Source: an uncultured Gammaproteobacteria bacterium (GTDB lineage: Bacteria > Patescibacteriota > Microgenomatia > Levybacterales > UBA12049). Taken from it: DNA of 64,000 nucleotides. Of the stretch, positions 31,419 through 40,026 are shown in pieces. The translations under genes and the position numbers were made by a program. A model generated the notes under the pieces. The model made no database searches. It had not been told where the DNA came from and was given only the letters and a program-made list of their open reading frames with translations. Numbering within the stretch: the first letter of the stretch is position 1; each line of letters starts with the position of its first letter. The stretch lies in assembly GCA_964408485.1 (NCBI GenBank), contig CAYOZJ010000003.1:1290-65289 (forward strand), written 5' to 3'.

Positions 31419-32325
31419 TACCATTCTTTCTATAATCATCCTTAATTACAACACAAAAAAAATTGCGCTAGAAGCTGTAGAGTCTATTGAAAATAACTAT
31501 TCCAAAGAAACAGAGTCAGGTGAGTTTCAAATTATTATTACTGATAATGCCTCACCCGATGAATCGCTACAGGCATTTAGAGAATATAAGAAAAAAACAA
31601 AGACCAAACTTTTTGATGTTGTTGATAATGGAGGAAATATTGGATTTGCCGCAGGGAATAATACGGGCATATCATACGCAAAAGGGAAATATATCCTTTT
31701 TCTTAATCCAGATACCATTGTGTATCCAAAAACATTAACACGTATGGTGGAGTTTATGGATAATCACAAAGACGCAGGGGCTGCAACGTGTAGAGTAGAA
31801 ATTCCTAGTGGTGCAATTGACGAAGCGTCCCATAGAGGATTTCCTACACCTTGGAATGCATTGACTCACTTTTCGGGATTGGAAAAGCTTTTCCCTCACT
31901 CAAGACTCTTCGCAGGGTATACAAGAGGATGGGAGGACGTAACAAAAATTCACACTGTACCGGCAATTGTTGGTGCATTTTTGCTTGTTAGGCGTGAAGC
32001 AGGAGAGAAAATTGGTTGGTGGGATGAAGACTACTTTTTTTACGGCGAAGACTTACAGTTTTGTTATGACTTACATAAAGCAGGGTATAAGATTTACTAT
32101 GTTCCGGATGTAAAAATTCTGCATTTCGGTGGAGTTTCCAGTGGTATTAAAAAACAATCACAAAATAAGACAACGGCAAATGATGAGATACGCCGTAAGG
32201 TACAGGGTTGGCGATTTGATGCAATGAGAATTTTCTATAAAAAAAACTATGCAAAAAGCAATCCACTTATGACATGGATTGTTATGAAGGGAATAGACTT
32301 TTTATATAAGAAAAATTCTCAATAA
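31402..32325 (+). CDS. GT2 family glycosyltransferase (WbbL-like)
   Basis: DNASPD, GFAAGNN, FLNPD, GAFLL, FFYGED. Confidence 0.9.
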   Translation: MQSKNNTILSIIILNYNTKKIALEAVESIENNYSKETESGEFQIIITDNASPDESLQAFREYKKKTKTKLFDVVDNGGNIGFAAGNNTGISYAKGKYILFLNPDTIVYPKTLTRMVEFMDNHKDAGAATCRVEIPSGAIDEASHRGFPTPWNALTHFSGLEKLFPHSRLFAGYTRGWEDVTKIHTVPAIVGAFLLVRREAGEKIGWWDEDYFFYGEDLQFCYDLHKAGYKIYYVPDVKILHFGGVSSGIKKQSQNKTTANDEIRRKVQGWRFDAMRIFYKKNYAKSNPLMTWIVMKGIDFLYKKNSQ

Positions 32326-32334
32326 AATATAGCT

Positions 32335-32724
32335 ATGGTTAAAGGAGATGTTTGGCAACAAATGGAAGAGGCAGCAGATAGAGGTAATTGGAAAACAATC
32401 CAATCGCTTTTTTATGGAAGAACAAGGCAAACTGATGAAGATTTTGAGCGTGCAAAACAGTTTATGATTAGAGCATATGATAATAGTAATTTGGGTTTAA
32501 GTCGACAATTAATGCGACATGCAACAAGACCGTTCGAAAATGGTGCAGACCCTGAAGCAAGAGCGCATGAGTATCAAATGGGTATGGAATTACAGGAGAG
32601 AGTATTGAATGATATTCTTCGTGAAGATCCTCCACAACAAGAAAGGCCACGAAGACAAAGAAGTGCAATGCCTCAAAGACATTCACGCCGAACAAGACAG
32701 AAAAATAGAACTGTTTCTTCTTAA
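32335..32724 (+). CDS. Hypothetical Arg/Glu-rich protein
   Basis: 129-aa ORF filling the gap between two GTs; TAAAAT 6 nt before the ATG. Confidence 0.6.
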   Translation: MVKGDVWQQMEEAADRGNWKTIQSLFYGRTRQTDEDFERAKQFMIRAYDNSNLGLSRQLMRHATRPFENGADPEARAHEYQMGMELQERVLNDILREDPPQQERPRRQRSAMPQRHSRRTRQKNRTVSS

Positions 32725-32754
32725 CACGTTTTTGCGTTATAATTTCTCTATACC

Positions 32755-33855
32755 ATGAAAATTGGAATAGATTGTAGATTATGGAACGAAACCGGTGTTG
32801 GAAGGTATATTCGTAATTTAGTTACAGAGCTTGCAGATATAGATAAAGAAAATGAGTTTGTTCTTTTCTTTAAAAAAGAAGAATACGAAACATATGCTCT
32901 TCCTGGAAAGAATTTTACAAAAAAACTTGCTGAGGTTAGATGGCATACGTTTAAAGAACAAACAGCATTTAAAAATATTTTAGAAAAGGAAAAACTAGAT
33001 GTTGTTCACTTTCCCTATTTTTCCTATCCCGTTGGATACAAAGGAAAATTTGTTATAACAATTCATGATTTAATTATTGATCATTTTCCAACAGGAAAAG
33101 CATCCACGCTGTGGTCTCCTGTGTACTTTTTTAAACAACTCGGATACAAATTTGTCTTGCGAAGTGGAGTAAAACATGCGCAAAAAATTATTACTGTAAG
33201 TGGTGCAACAAAACAGGAAATCATAGACCATTATCATCCCAATCCAGAAAATGTTGTCGTAACCCCCGAAGGAATTGACAGAAAATTCTTGGAGGAAAAA
33301 GAGGAAAAAGTAGATATACCGGAGAGATATTTTCTTTACGTTGGGAATGTCTATCCGCATAAAAATGTTGATCGTCTTGTTGAAGCTTTTTCACAATTCA
33401 TAAAAGAACATCAGGATGCACATCTTATTTTAGTTGGGAAAGAAGATTTTTTTTCTAAACAGCTGGAAGAAAGAATTATAAAAGAAAAATTACACAATAT
33501 CCTTTTTTATAAACATATTACTGATACGCAGTTGTCCTATTTATATACGCATGCAATTGCTCTTGTTGCGCCCTCTCTCATGGAAGGATTTGGATTACCT
33601 ATTCTTGAGGCAATGGCACACAAATGTCTTGTTGTTGCTTCTGAAATTCCTGCATTTCTAGAGGTAGCAGGAGAATCTGCTGTATATTTTGATCCATACA
33701 ATGTGCAAGATATTGCCAATGTGCTTTCTTTAGCGTATAACAAGAAAATAAAAGACGTAATGAAGAAAAAAGAATCAGGACTTAAAAGAGCAAAAGATTT
33801 TTCTTGGAAGAAAATGGCAAAAGAAACACTAGGTATTTACAAATACTGCTCGTAA
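32755..33855 (+). CDS. GT4 family glycosyltransferase
   Basis: GVGRY, TIHDL, YVGNVYPHKN, PSLMEGFGLPILEAM. Confidence 0.9.
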   Translation: MKIGIDCRLWNETGVGRYIRNLVTELADIDKENEFVLFFKKEEYETYALPGKNFTKKLAEVRWHTFKEQTAFKNILEKEKLDVVHFPYFSYPVGYKGKFVITIHDLIIDHFPTGKASTLWSPVYFFKQLGYKFVLRSGVKHAQKIITVSGATKQEIIDHYHPNPENVVVTPEGIDRKFLEEKEEKVDIPERYFLYVGNVYPHKNVDRLVEAFSQFIKEHQDAHLILVGKEDFFSKQLEERIIKEKLHNILFYKHITDTQLSYLYTHAIALVAPSLMEGFGLPILEAMAHKCLVVASEIPAFLEVAGESAVYFDPYNVQDIANVLSLAYNKKIKDVMKKKESGLKRAKDFSWKKMAKETLGIYKYCS

Positions 33856-33879
33856 AAGTTTCCTGTCCACAAAATGCTA

Positions 33880-33955
33880 ATAGCATATGGATATATGGTT
33901 AGATAGTTAATTGTTACATCTAATAAACCATATAACCATTAAGCTATGTAGCCAT
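33880..33955. repeat. Intergenic imperfect inverted repeat built from about 8-nt units
   Basis: ATGGATATATGGTT...AACCATATAACCAT arms; ATGGTT/AACCAT periodicity. Confidence 0.55.
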
Positions 33956-33963
33956 GTCTGTTT

Positions 33964-35109
33964 ATGAAAGTTGCAATTGTTTATGACCGTGTTAATAAAT
34001 GGGGTGGTGCTGAAAGAGTTTTGCTTTCTCTCCATAAATTATTTCCTAAAGCGCATTTGTATACATCCGTATATGACAAAAAACGTGCAGCTTGGGCAAA
34101 AGTATTTCGCGTAAAACCCTCTTTTCTTCAGCACATTCCTTTTGTCAGATCACATCATGAATTATTCCCATTTCTCATGCCATTTGCTTTTGCGAGCTTT
34201 TCCTTTAAAAAATATGATTTGGTTATTTCGGTAACAAGTGAATTTGCAAAGGGAATAATGACGGGAGGTAGGACAAAGCATTTGTGTATTTGTCTTACAC
34301 CAACACGATATCTATGGAGTGGATATAGCGAATACTTTCCCAACAAAACAATAAGACTTCTCGCAAGTCCTCTTATTTGGGCACTTCGTGTATGGGATGG
34401 GATTATTGCGAAAAATCCGGATAGGTATATCGCAATATCTGAAGAAGTAAAATTACGAATTAAAAGGTATTATAGAAAAGATTCAGATATTGTGTATCCT
34501 CCTGTTATGGTGTTGCCAAAAAGTACAAATCGACTTTTTGAGAAAGACTACTTTCTTATTGTTTCGCGATTATCACGATTCACCGGATATAAACGTGTTG
34601 ATCTTGCAGTGCGTGCAGCAACCAATCTCCATGCATCTCTGATTGTTGTTGGCGCAGGAGATACAAGAGATTTGCAAAAGCTTGCCGGTCCAACTGTTCA
34701 TTTTGCTGGTAAAGTGTCTGACAAGGAGCTTGCTACCTACTATGCTAACGCGAAAGCTCTTATTTTCCCAGGAAAAGAAGATTTTGGTATCACCATGGTT
34801 GAGGCACTTTCTTTCGGTAAGCCGGTCATTGCCTATCATGCAGGAGGAGCAAAAGAGATTGTGAAAAATGGGAAAACAGGCACATTCTTTGCCCATCAAA
34901 CAGTTGTTTCTTTGACCAAGGCCTTGAAAAACTTTAAGGGCTCGAAGTATAATAGTGCTACCTGCAAGAAAGAGGCGCTCAGATTTTCAGAGAAACTATT
35001 TAGAAAAGAGATAAAAAGTATTGTTCATAACATGAATCATAAAAACACAACCTCATCCCAACCTTCTCCTAAAAGGAGAAGGAGATCAAGGAGACGTATT
35101 TCTAGATGA
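33964..35109 (+). CDS. GT4 family glycosyltransferase (WbaZ-like)
   Basis: GGAERVL, TPTRYLW, VYPPV, KRVDL, EDFGITMVEA. Confidence 0.9.
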   Translation: MKVAIVYDRVNKWGGAERVLLSLHKLFPKAHLYTSVYDKKRAAWAKVFRVKPSFLQHIPFVRSHHELFPFLMPFAFASFSFKKYDLVISVTSEFAKGIMTGGRTKHLCICLTPTRYLWSGYSEYFPNKTIRLLASPLIWALRVWDGIIAKNPDRYIAISEEVKLRIKRYYRKDSDIVYPPVMVLPKSTNRLFEKDYFLIVSRLSRFTGYKRVDLAVRAATNLHASLIVVGAGDTRDLQKLAGPTVHFAGKVSDKELATYYANAKALIFPGKEDFGITMVEALSFGKPVIAYHAGGAKEIVKNGKTGTFFAHQTVVSLTKALKNFKGSKYNSATCKKEALRFSEKLFRKEIKSIVHNMNHKNTTSSQPSPKRRRRSRRRISR

Positions 35110-35110
35110 A
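35048..35110 (+). repeat. Palindromic repeat family A, copy 2 (contains manC SD and ATG)
   Basis: CCTTCTCCT-AAA-AGGAGAAGG stem; 56/63 identical to copy 3. Confidence 0.9.
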
Positions 35111-36191
35111 GATTGTCATGTTTGCAGGAGGCGTTGGAAGTAGGCTGTGGCCATTGTCCCGAAAAAACGCACCTAAGCAATTTGAAAAAATAATTGGTGA
35201 CAAGACAATGCTGCAAATTACTGTGGGTAAACTTTTTCCAACCTACGGATGGAGTGATGTCTATATTTCTACAGGTGCCCACTATGCAGAGCATGTGAGC
35301 CAGCAACTTCCCGAGCTTCCAAAAGAAAATATTCTTGTTGAGCCAGAAATGCGTGATGTGGGACCTGCAGTTGGTTTGGTTACATCCCTTTTTGAGAAAA
35401 CAAATCCCGATGAACCAATTGCGCTTCTATGGGGAAGTGACCATTTGGTAAGAAATGAAGAACTTTTTAGAAGCGTATTGCAATCCGCAGAGAAATTTGT
35501 CGAAAAAAATCCTGAAAAAATTGTCTTCGTTGCTCAACAGCCTCGCTTTCCTAATCAAAATTTAGGGTATATTGAGTTTGCAGATGCAAAAGAAAATGCG
35601 GGAGAATTTCCTTTGCATGAGTTTAAGAGCTTTTTGTACCGGCCGCATTTGTCTACAGCAGAAAAATGGGTAAAAGACGGAAGGCATGGATGGAATTTAG
35701 GATACTTTGTCACAACTCCCAGACTTCTTTGGAAATTATTTAAAGAATTTTCACCCGAGCTATTTAAGGATTTAGAAGCAATTCAAAAAACATATGGAAC
35801 AGATGAATATCAATCCACTCTTCATAAAATCTATCCTGCCATTGAGAAGATTAGTTTTGATAATGCAGTTTTAGAAAAAATGGATCCAAGCCTTGGAAAA
35901 GTTATCTCTGTTGACTTAGGATGGAGTGATATTGGCGCATGGGAAGCATTAAAAGAAGCCTTAGCTGGGACAGAGACGGAAAACGTAACAAAGGGAGAGG
36001 TAGCGGTTGAGGACTGTGAGGATACGCTGATGTATAATTTTACTAATCAGTTGGTTGTTGGCATAGATCTTAAGGATATGATTGTTGTTAATACAAAAGA
36101 CGTTACGCTTATTTGTCCAAAAGATTCCGTGCCCAAAATCAAGAAATTTGTCGAAAAATTAAATGGCACGGATTTGGAGCATCTTACCTAA
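35106..36191 (+). CDS. manC: Mannose-1-phosphate guanylyltransferase
   Basis: AGGVGSRLWPLSR..PKQF, EP, SDH, GYI, ISFDNAVLEK, WSDIGAW. Confidence 0.9.
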   Translation: MKIVMFAGGVGSRLWPLSRKNAPKQFEKIIGDKTMLQITVGKLFPTYGWSDVYISTGAHYAEHVSQQLPELPKENILVEPEMRDVGPAVGLVTSLFEKTNPDEPIALLWGSDHLVRNEELFRSVLQSAEKFVEKNPEKIVFVAQQPRFPNQNLGYIEFADAKENAGEFPLHEFKSFLYRPHLSTAEKWVKDGRHGWNLGYFVTTPRLLWKLFKEFSPELFKDLEAIQKTYGTDEYQSTLHKIYPAIEKISFDNAVLEKMDPSLGKVISVDLGWSDIGAWEALKEALAGTETENVTKGEVAVEDCEDTLMYNFTNQLVVGIDLKDMIVVNTKDVTLICPKDSVPKIKKFVEKLNGTDLEHLT

Positions 36192-36194
36192 TCT

Positions 36195-36860
36195 ATGCCG
36201 TACAAAGAAGTGAAGAAAAGCAAACTCTACGAAGCAGCAAAGCGACTCCTGGATATTATTTTTGCACTCATTCTTCTTCTTATTTTCTCCCCAATTATTA
36301 TTGCAGTTGTTGTTGCAATAAAAGTGACTTCTCCAGGACCTATCTTGGCAGATACGCCAGAGCGTGTTGGAAAAAGTGGAAAACTTTTTAAGATGTATAA
36401 ATTTCGTTCTATGGTACAAAATGCCCACGAAATTCTTCGCGAAAATCCAGATTTTGCCAAACTATTTGAAGATTATAAAAAGGGAAGTTATAAATTAAAG
36501 AATGACCCTCGGGTAACTCCTGTTGGGAGGATTATTCGCAAGTATTCTCTTGATGAAGTACCACAACTAGTAAATATCTTGTCTGGTGACATGAGTTTGG
36601 TTGGTCCACGCGCGTACTATCCAGACGAACTGCGCGAACAGCAAAAAAAATACCCCACAACAAAAGACTCAGTAAAAGTTGTGTTGTCAGTTAAGCCAGG
36701 TCTTACAGGATTTTGGCAAGTGAGCGGGCGGTCGCAGATAAATTTTGACAAGCGTATCGCTATGGATGCTGATTACGTCCATAAGCGTTCTATTATGTAT
36801 GACACATATATTATCCTTCGTACGCCCTGGGCAATGATTTCAGGAAAAGGTGCATTGTAG
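36195..36860 (+). CDS. Priming phosphoglycosyl transferase (Bac_transf; WbaP/WcaJ catalytic domain)
   Basis: [43 protein letters not shown]. Confidence 0.92.
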   Translation: MPYKEVKKSKLYEAAKRLLDIIFALILLLIFSPIIIAVVVAIKVTSPGPILADTPERVGKSGKLFKMYKFRSMVQNAHEILRENPDFAKLFEDYKKGSYKLKNDPRVTPVGRIIRKYSLDEVPQLVNILSGDMSLVGPRAYYPDELREQQKKYPTTKDSVKVVLSVKPGLTGFWQVSGRSQINFDKRIAMDADYVHKRSIMYDTYIILRTPWAMISGKGAL

Positions 36861-36920
36861 GTAGTGTATGAGTTAGAGTAATTGTTCCAAACTTCAACAA
36901 ATAATGCCAAACTTACCTAT

Positions 36921-36950
36921 TTGACAAACTATTTAAACTTCCCGTATGAT
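36921..36950 (+). promoter_or_regulatory. Sigma70-type promoter, probably leaderless, for the DUF4012 gene
   Basis: TTGACA-18 nt-TATGAT, 7 nt before ATG 36958. Confidence 0.65.
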
Positions 36951-36957
36951 AAAACTT

Positions 36958-38907
36958 ATGGATGGGTTTGAGAAAATGAACCTCGATAATTCCGCTCGTA
37001 GTACTACGCAAAATGATGCTGCTGTTTCTATGAGAGCCAAAAAACCTTTTAAGTTAAAATTAGGAAGAAATGCATACATTGGTTTTGCTGCATTAGGATT
37101 GGTTGTATTATTTATTCTCTTTGGTATTGTTGTTCCAGGATTTGCTGCATTAAATGATGCGCGAAAGACCTACGCTGTTGCCAAAGAAACATTAGTCGTT
37201 GCAAAGCAGCAAGATATAGAAGCAACTTCCAGTAAGCTCAACGAACTTCGTCCAGAGCTTTTAAAGACACAGAAAGATGTTCAAAACATGGGATATCTCG
37301 CATTTGTGCCGGTAATGAATTTCTATTACGGTGACGCACTTCATTTGGTAAATGCCGGGGTATATGGACTGAATGCTGGACAAATTCTTGTTGATAGCGT
37401 GAAGCCATATGCGGATGTATTAGGGCTTAAAGGAGATCATAGTTTTGTTGGTGGATCTGCGCAAGACAGGATTCAAACAGCAGTTACGACAATGAGCAAG
37501 GTAACGCCACGTATTGATGATATCGCAAAAGAGCTTGCTCTTATGCAAAAAGAAGTTGACGAAGTAAATCCAGGACATTACCCAGCCTTTTTGGGACTTG
37601 GAAAAGTACAGGATAATTTAAAAAGTCTTCGTACTGGTATCGATGAAGCATCTGTTTTTACCAATCAAGCGAAACCACTTATCAAAGTGTTGCCTAACCT
37701 TCTTGGGGAGCCAAAAGAAGCAAAATATCTGGTTATTTTCCAAAACGATGGTGAGCTTCGACCAACAGGTGGATTTATGACATTTTATGCAATTTTCCGA
37801 GTTGAGCATGGTTCTATTCATGTTGATCAATCAAATGATATTTATAATCTTGACGCAACAATCGGCAATAAGCCTGCATCTCCTCGTATTATTGCGACTT
37901 ACTTACCAAAAGAGCCGCGATGGAATCTTCGAGACAGCAATTTGTCGCCAGACTTTAAAGTATCTATGGATGATTTCAATAAGTTATATAAAACAGCAGG
38001 TGGATATGTCCCAGTTAATGGCATTATTGCAATTGACACCCATGTACTTGTTTCGATTATGAATATCTTAGGAGATATTACTGTTGATGGAGAAACATTT
38101 ACGACAAAAATTGTCCCACAATGTAACTGTGCTCAGGTTGTCTATTCTCTTGAAGAGCAGTCAGATACGCCGGTTGATTATATAAAGGCCAATAGAAAAG
38201 GTATTGTTGGTGATTTGTTGTACGCAATTATGCAAAAAGCTCTTGCATCTTCACCAAAGCTCTACTGGGGACCATTATTCCAGACATTCATTGCTGAGGT
38301 TAATCAAAAACACGTTTTGTTTGCTCTTAATGACCCAGATGCTCAGTCAGGACTTGAGGCATTGGATGCTGCAGGAAGGTTGAGTGCATTTACTGGGGAC
38401 TATCTGCATATTAATGATTCCAACTGGGGAGGAGCAAAATCCAACCTCTTTATTAAAGAAACAGCAGATATAAAATATGACGTTAAGTCTGATGGAAGTA
38501 TTATTAAAACAATAACCCTTACCTACAAAAATCCATTTGCACCGTCAGATTGTAACTTAGAGCATGGAGGACTTTGTCTTAATGCAACAAATCGTGATGT
38601 GGTACGTATTTATGCGCCAGTTGGAAGTAAGCTTATTAGCAGTAATGGATCACAAGTAAAAGTAGATACCTATAATGAATTGGGAAAGACTGTATTTGAA
38701 GGGTTTGTAACAGTGAGACCATTAGGTCAGGCAACCTATACGGTAAGTTATCAATTACCATTCAAGGTCTCATCGAGTACGCTCCCTAGCCTTATTCAAA
38801 AACAACCAGGAACAGTAAACATGCAATACACAGTTAGCGTTAATGGGAGACAAGTTGACTCCTTTGCCCTAGAAACAGACAAAACACTCAATCTAACTGT
38901 AAGATAA
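36958..38907 (+). CDS. DUF4012 domain membrane-anchored protein
   Basis: TM anchor, helical region, YLVIFQNDGELRPTGGF, RDSNLSPDF, GIIAID, NWGGAKSN, QKQPG; ORF track start is 36946. Confidence 0.8.
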   Translation: MDGFEKMNLDNSARSTTQNDAAVSMRAKKPFKLKLGRNAYIGFAALGLVVLFILFGIVVPGFAALNDARKTYAVAKETLVVAKQQDIEATSSKLNELRPELLKTQKDVQNMGYLAFVPVMNFYYGDALHLVNAGVYGLNAGQILVDSVKPYADVLGLKGDHSFVGGSAQDRIQTAVTTMSKVTPRIDDIAKELALMQKEVDEVNPGHYPAFLGLGKVQDNLKSLRTGIDEASVFTNQAKPLIKVLPNLLGEPKEAKYLVIFQNDGELRPTGGFMTFYAIFRVEHGSIHVDQSNDIYNLDATIGNKPASPRIIATYLPKEPRWNLRDSNLSPDFKVSMDDFNKLYKTAGGYVPVNGIIAIDTHVLVSIMNILGDITVDGETFTTKIVPQCNCAQVVYSLEEQSDTPVDYIKANRKGIVGDLLYAIMQKALASSPKLYWGPLFQTFIAEVNQKHVLFALNDPDAQSGLEALDAAGRLSAFTGDYLHINDSNWGGAKSNLFIKETADIKYDVKSDGSIIKTITLTYKNPFAPSDCNLEHGGLCLNATNRDVVRIYAPVGSKLISSNGSQVKVDTYNELGKTVFEGFVTVRPLGQATYTVSYQLPFKVSSSTLPSLIQKQPGTVNMQYTVSVNGRQVDSFALETDKTLNLTVR

Positions 38908-38923
38908 ATGCTTGTCAGCTTTA

Positions 38924-38998
38924 TTCTTCGAGTGAAGCGAGAAGTTATTCCCCAAAGGGGACTAGCTTCGCCGAAGCGGCGCACATTGTTCGAACAAT
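38924..38998. repeat. Cluster of short palindromes including a family C element
   Basis: TCCCC-AAA-GGGGA, GCTTC-GCC-GAAGC and perfect ATTGTTCGAACAAT. Confidence 0.6.
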
Positions 38999-39012
38999 AA
39001 TTATACTGCCTT

Positions 39013-39561
39013 ATGAATATTAGTGTTGTGGAGGGCATTGTCCTCAAGCGCCGTAATGTTGGTGAAGCCGATAGAATTCTTACAGTCCTTACAAGAAATC
39101 TTGGAAAAATTACGGTCAAGGCAGTAGGGGTCAGAAAAATTTCTTCAAAAAGGTCCTCTCACATCGAGCCACTCAATCACGCTACTTTGTCTCTTTATAA
39201 GGGGAAAGGGATGCATACACTTACAGAAGTAGTTGCGAAGGAAAGTTTTCCTGAAATAAAGAGTGATTTACAAAAAATAGGTTTTGCGTATCATTTGTGT
39301 GAGTTAGTAGACGGGTTATGTCCTGAGGGGCAGGAAAATGCCCATGTGTTTGATTTATTGCACAGCGTGTTATCAGATCTTTGCGGAGAAGTTAATCTTT
39401 CTGAGCGCATTCATGAATTTGAAGTAGCGCTTTTGATAACACTTGGCTATTGGTCTAGTAGTAGTGCTCAATTAAACACGTCATATGTTATTGAAAGCAT
39501 TCTTGAGAGAAGACTTAAAACAGTGAGAATGCTCCCAAAGCTATTTTTGGAAAATGTTTGA
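39013..39561 (+). CDS. recO: DNA repair protein RecO
   Basis: EGIVLKRRNVGEADRILTVLT..GKI...A.GVRK..S.R. Confidence 0.92.
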   Translation: MNISVVEGIVLKRRNVGEADRILTVLTRNLGKITVKAVGVRKISSKRSSHIEPLNHATLSLYKGKGMHTLTEVVAKESFPEIKSDLQKIGFAYHLCELVDGLCPEGQENAHVFDLLHSVLSDLCGEVNLSERIHEFEVALLITLGYWSSSSAQLNTSYVIESILERRLKTVRMLPKLFLENV

Positions 39562-39587
39562 CAGAAGAGGTAATTTTCTGCTATACT
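39558..39587 (+). promoter_or_regulatory. Sigma70 promoter of the glyQS leader
   Basis: TTGACA-18 nt-(TGC)TATACT, about 7 nt before T-box Stem I. Confidence 0.8.
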
Positions 39588-39594
39588 AATATAT

Positions 39595-39731
39595 AGCAGT
39601 GATGAAAAGGTTGGAATCTTGGAGCTGCACCAAACTAATAAGCGGTATAACTTAAGCGAAATTCGATAGTTATACAATTAGGGTGGAACCACGAGGAGCA
39701 CTCGTCCCTAAATAATCGGACGAGTTTTTTT
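39595..39731 (+). ncRNA. T-box riboswitch 1 (Gly, transcriptional), ultrashort Stem I
   Basis: GCAGTGA...GAGC base, loop TTGGAA, Stem III GTATAACT/AGTTATAC, T-box AATTAGGGTGGAACCACG, antiterminator TAGGG/CCCTA plus ACGAG/CTCGT. Confidence 0.9.
39700..39731 (+). terminator. Intrinsic terminator of T-box 1
   Basis: ACTCGTCC/GGACGAGT stem followed by a T tract; overlaps the antiterminator 3' strand. Confidence 0.88.
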
Positions 39732-39750
39732 GTGGAAAAGTTAGGTTTTA

Positions 39751-39892
39751 TGCAGTGAAATCCTTGGAAAAGATTGAGCAAACAAGCCTGACAAAAAGTG
39801 TAAGCGTGCAATGGATGACATCACGCTTGAATAAGAGTGGAACCGCGGAGTATCCTAGATACCTTCGTCTCTTTTCCAAAGAAAGGAGGTGG
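39751..39892 (+). ncRNA. T-box riboswitch 2 (Gly, probably translational), ultrashort Stem I
   Basis: TGCAGTGA-AATC-CTTGGAAAA-GATT-GAGCA, Stem III AAGCGTG/CACGCTT, T-box AATAAGAGTGGAACCGCG; ACCTTC can pair with GGAGGT; no U tract. Confidence 0.85.
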
Positions 39893-40026
39893 TTATAGGA
39901 TATGATTAAATAAGAATGGTTTCTATGTAAGTTTGGTTTAGTGAAAACACTAATAAAAGACGTGCTATTCTAGGAGGCACAACAAAGACTATTTCTAGAA
40001 GTAAAAATTTGATAGGATAAAGACAT

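Noticed and set aside
38796-39119. 107-aa minus-strand ORF
   Set aside because: Antisense across the DUF4012 gene, the repeat cluster and recO
39468-39677. 69-aa minus-strand ORF
   Set aside because: Antisense to the recO end, the promoter and T-box 1
39731-39739. DnaA box TGTGGAAAA between the T-boxes as a possible oriC
   Set aside because: Single box with no cluster or unwinding element
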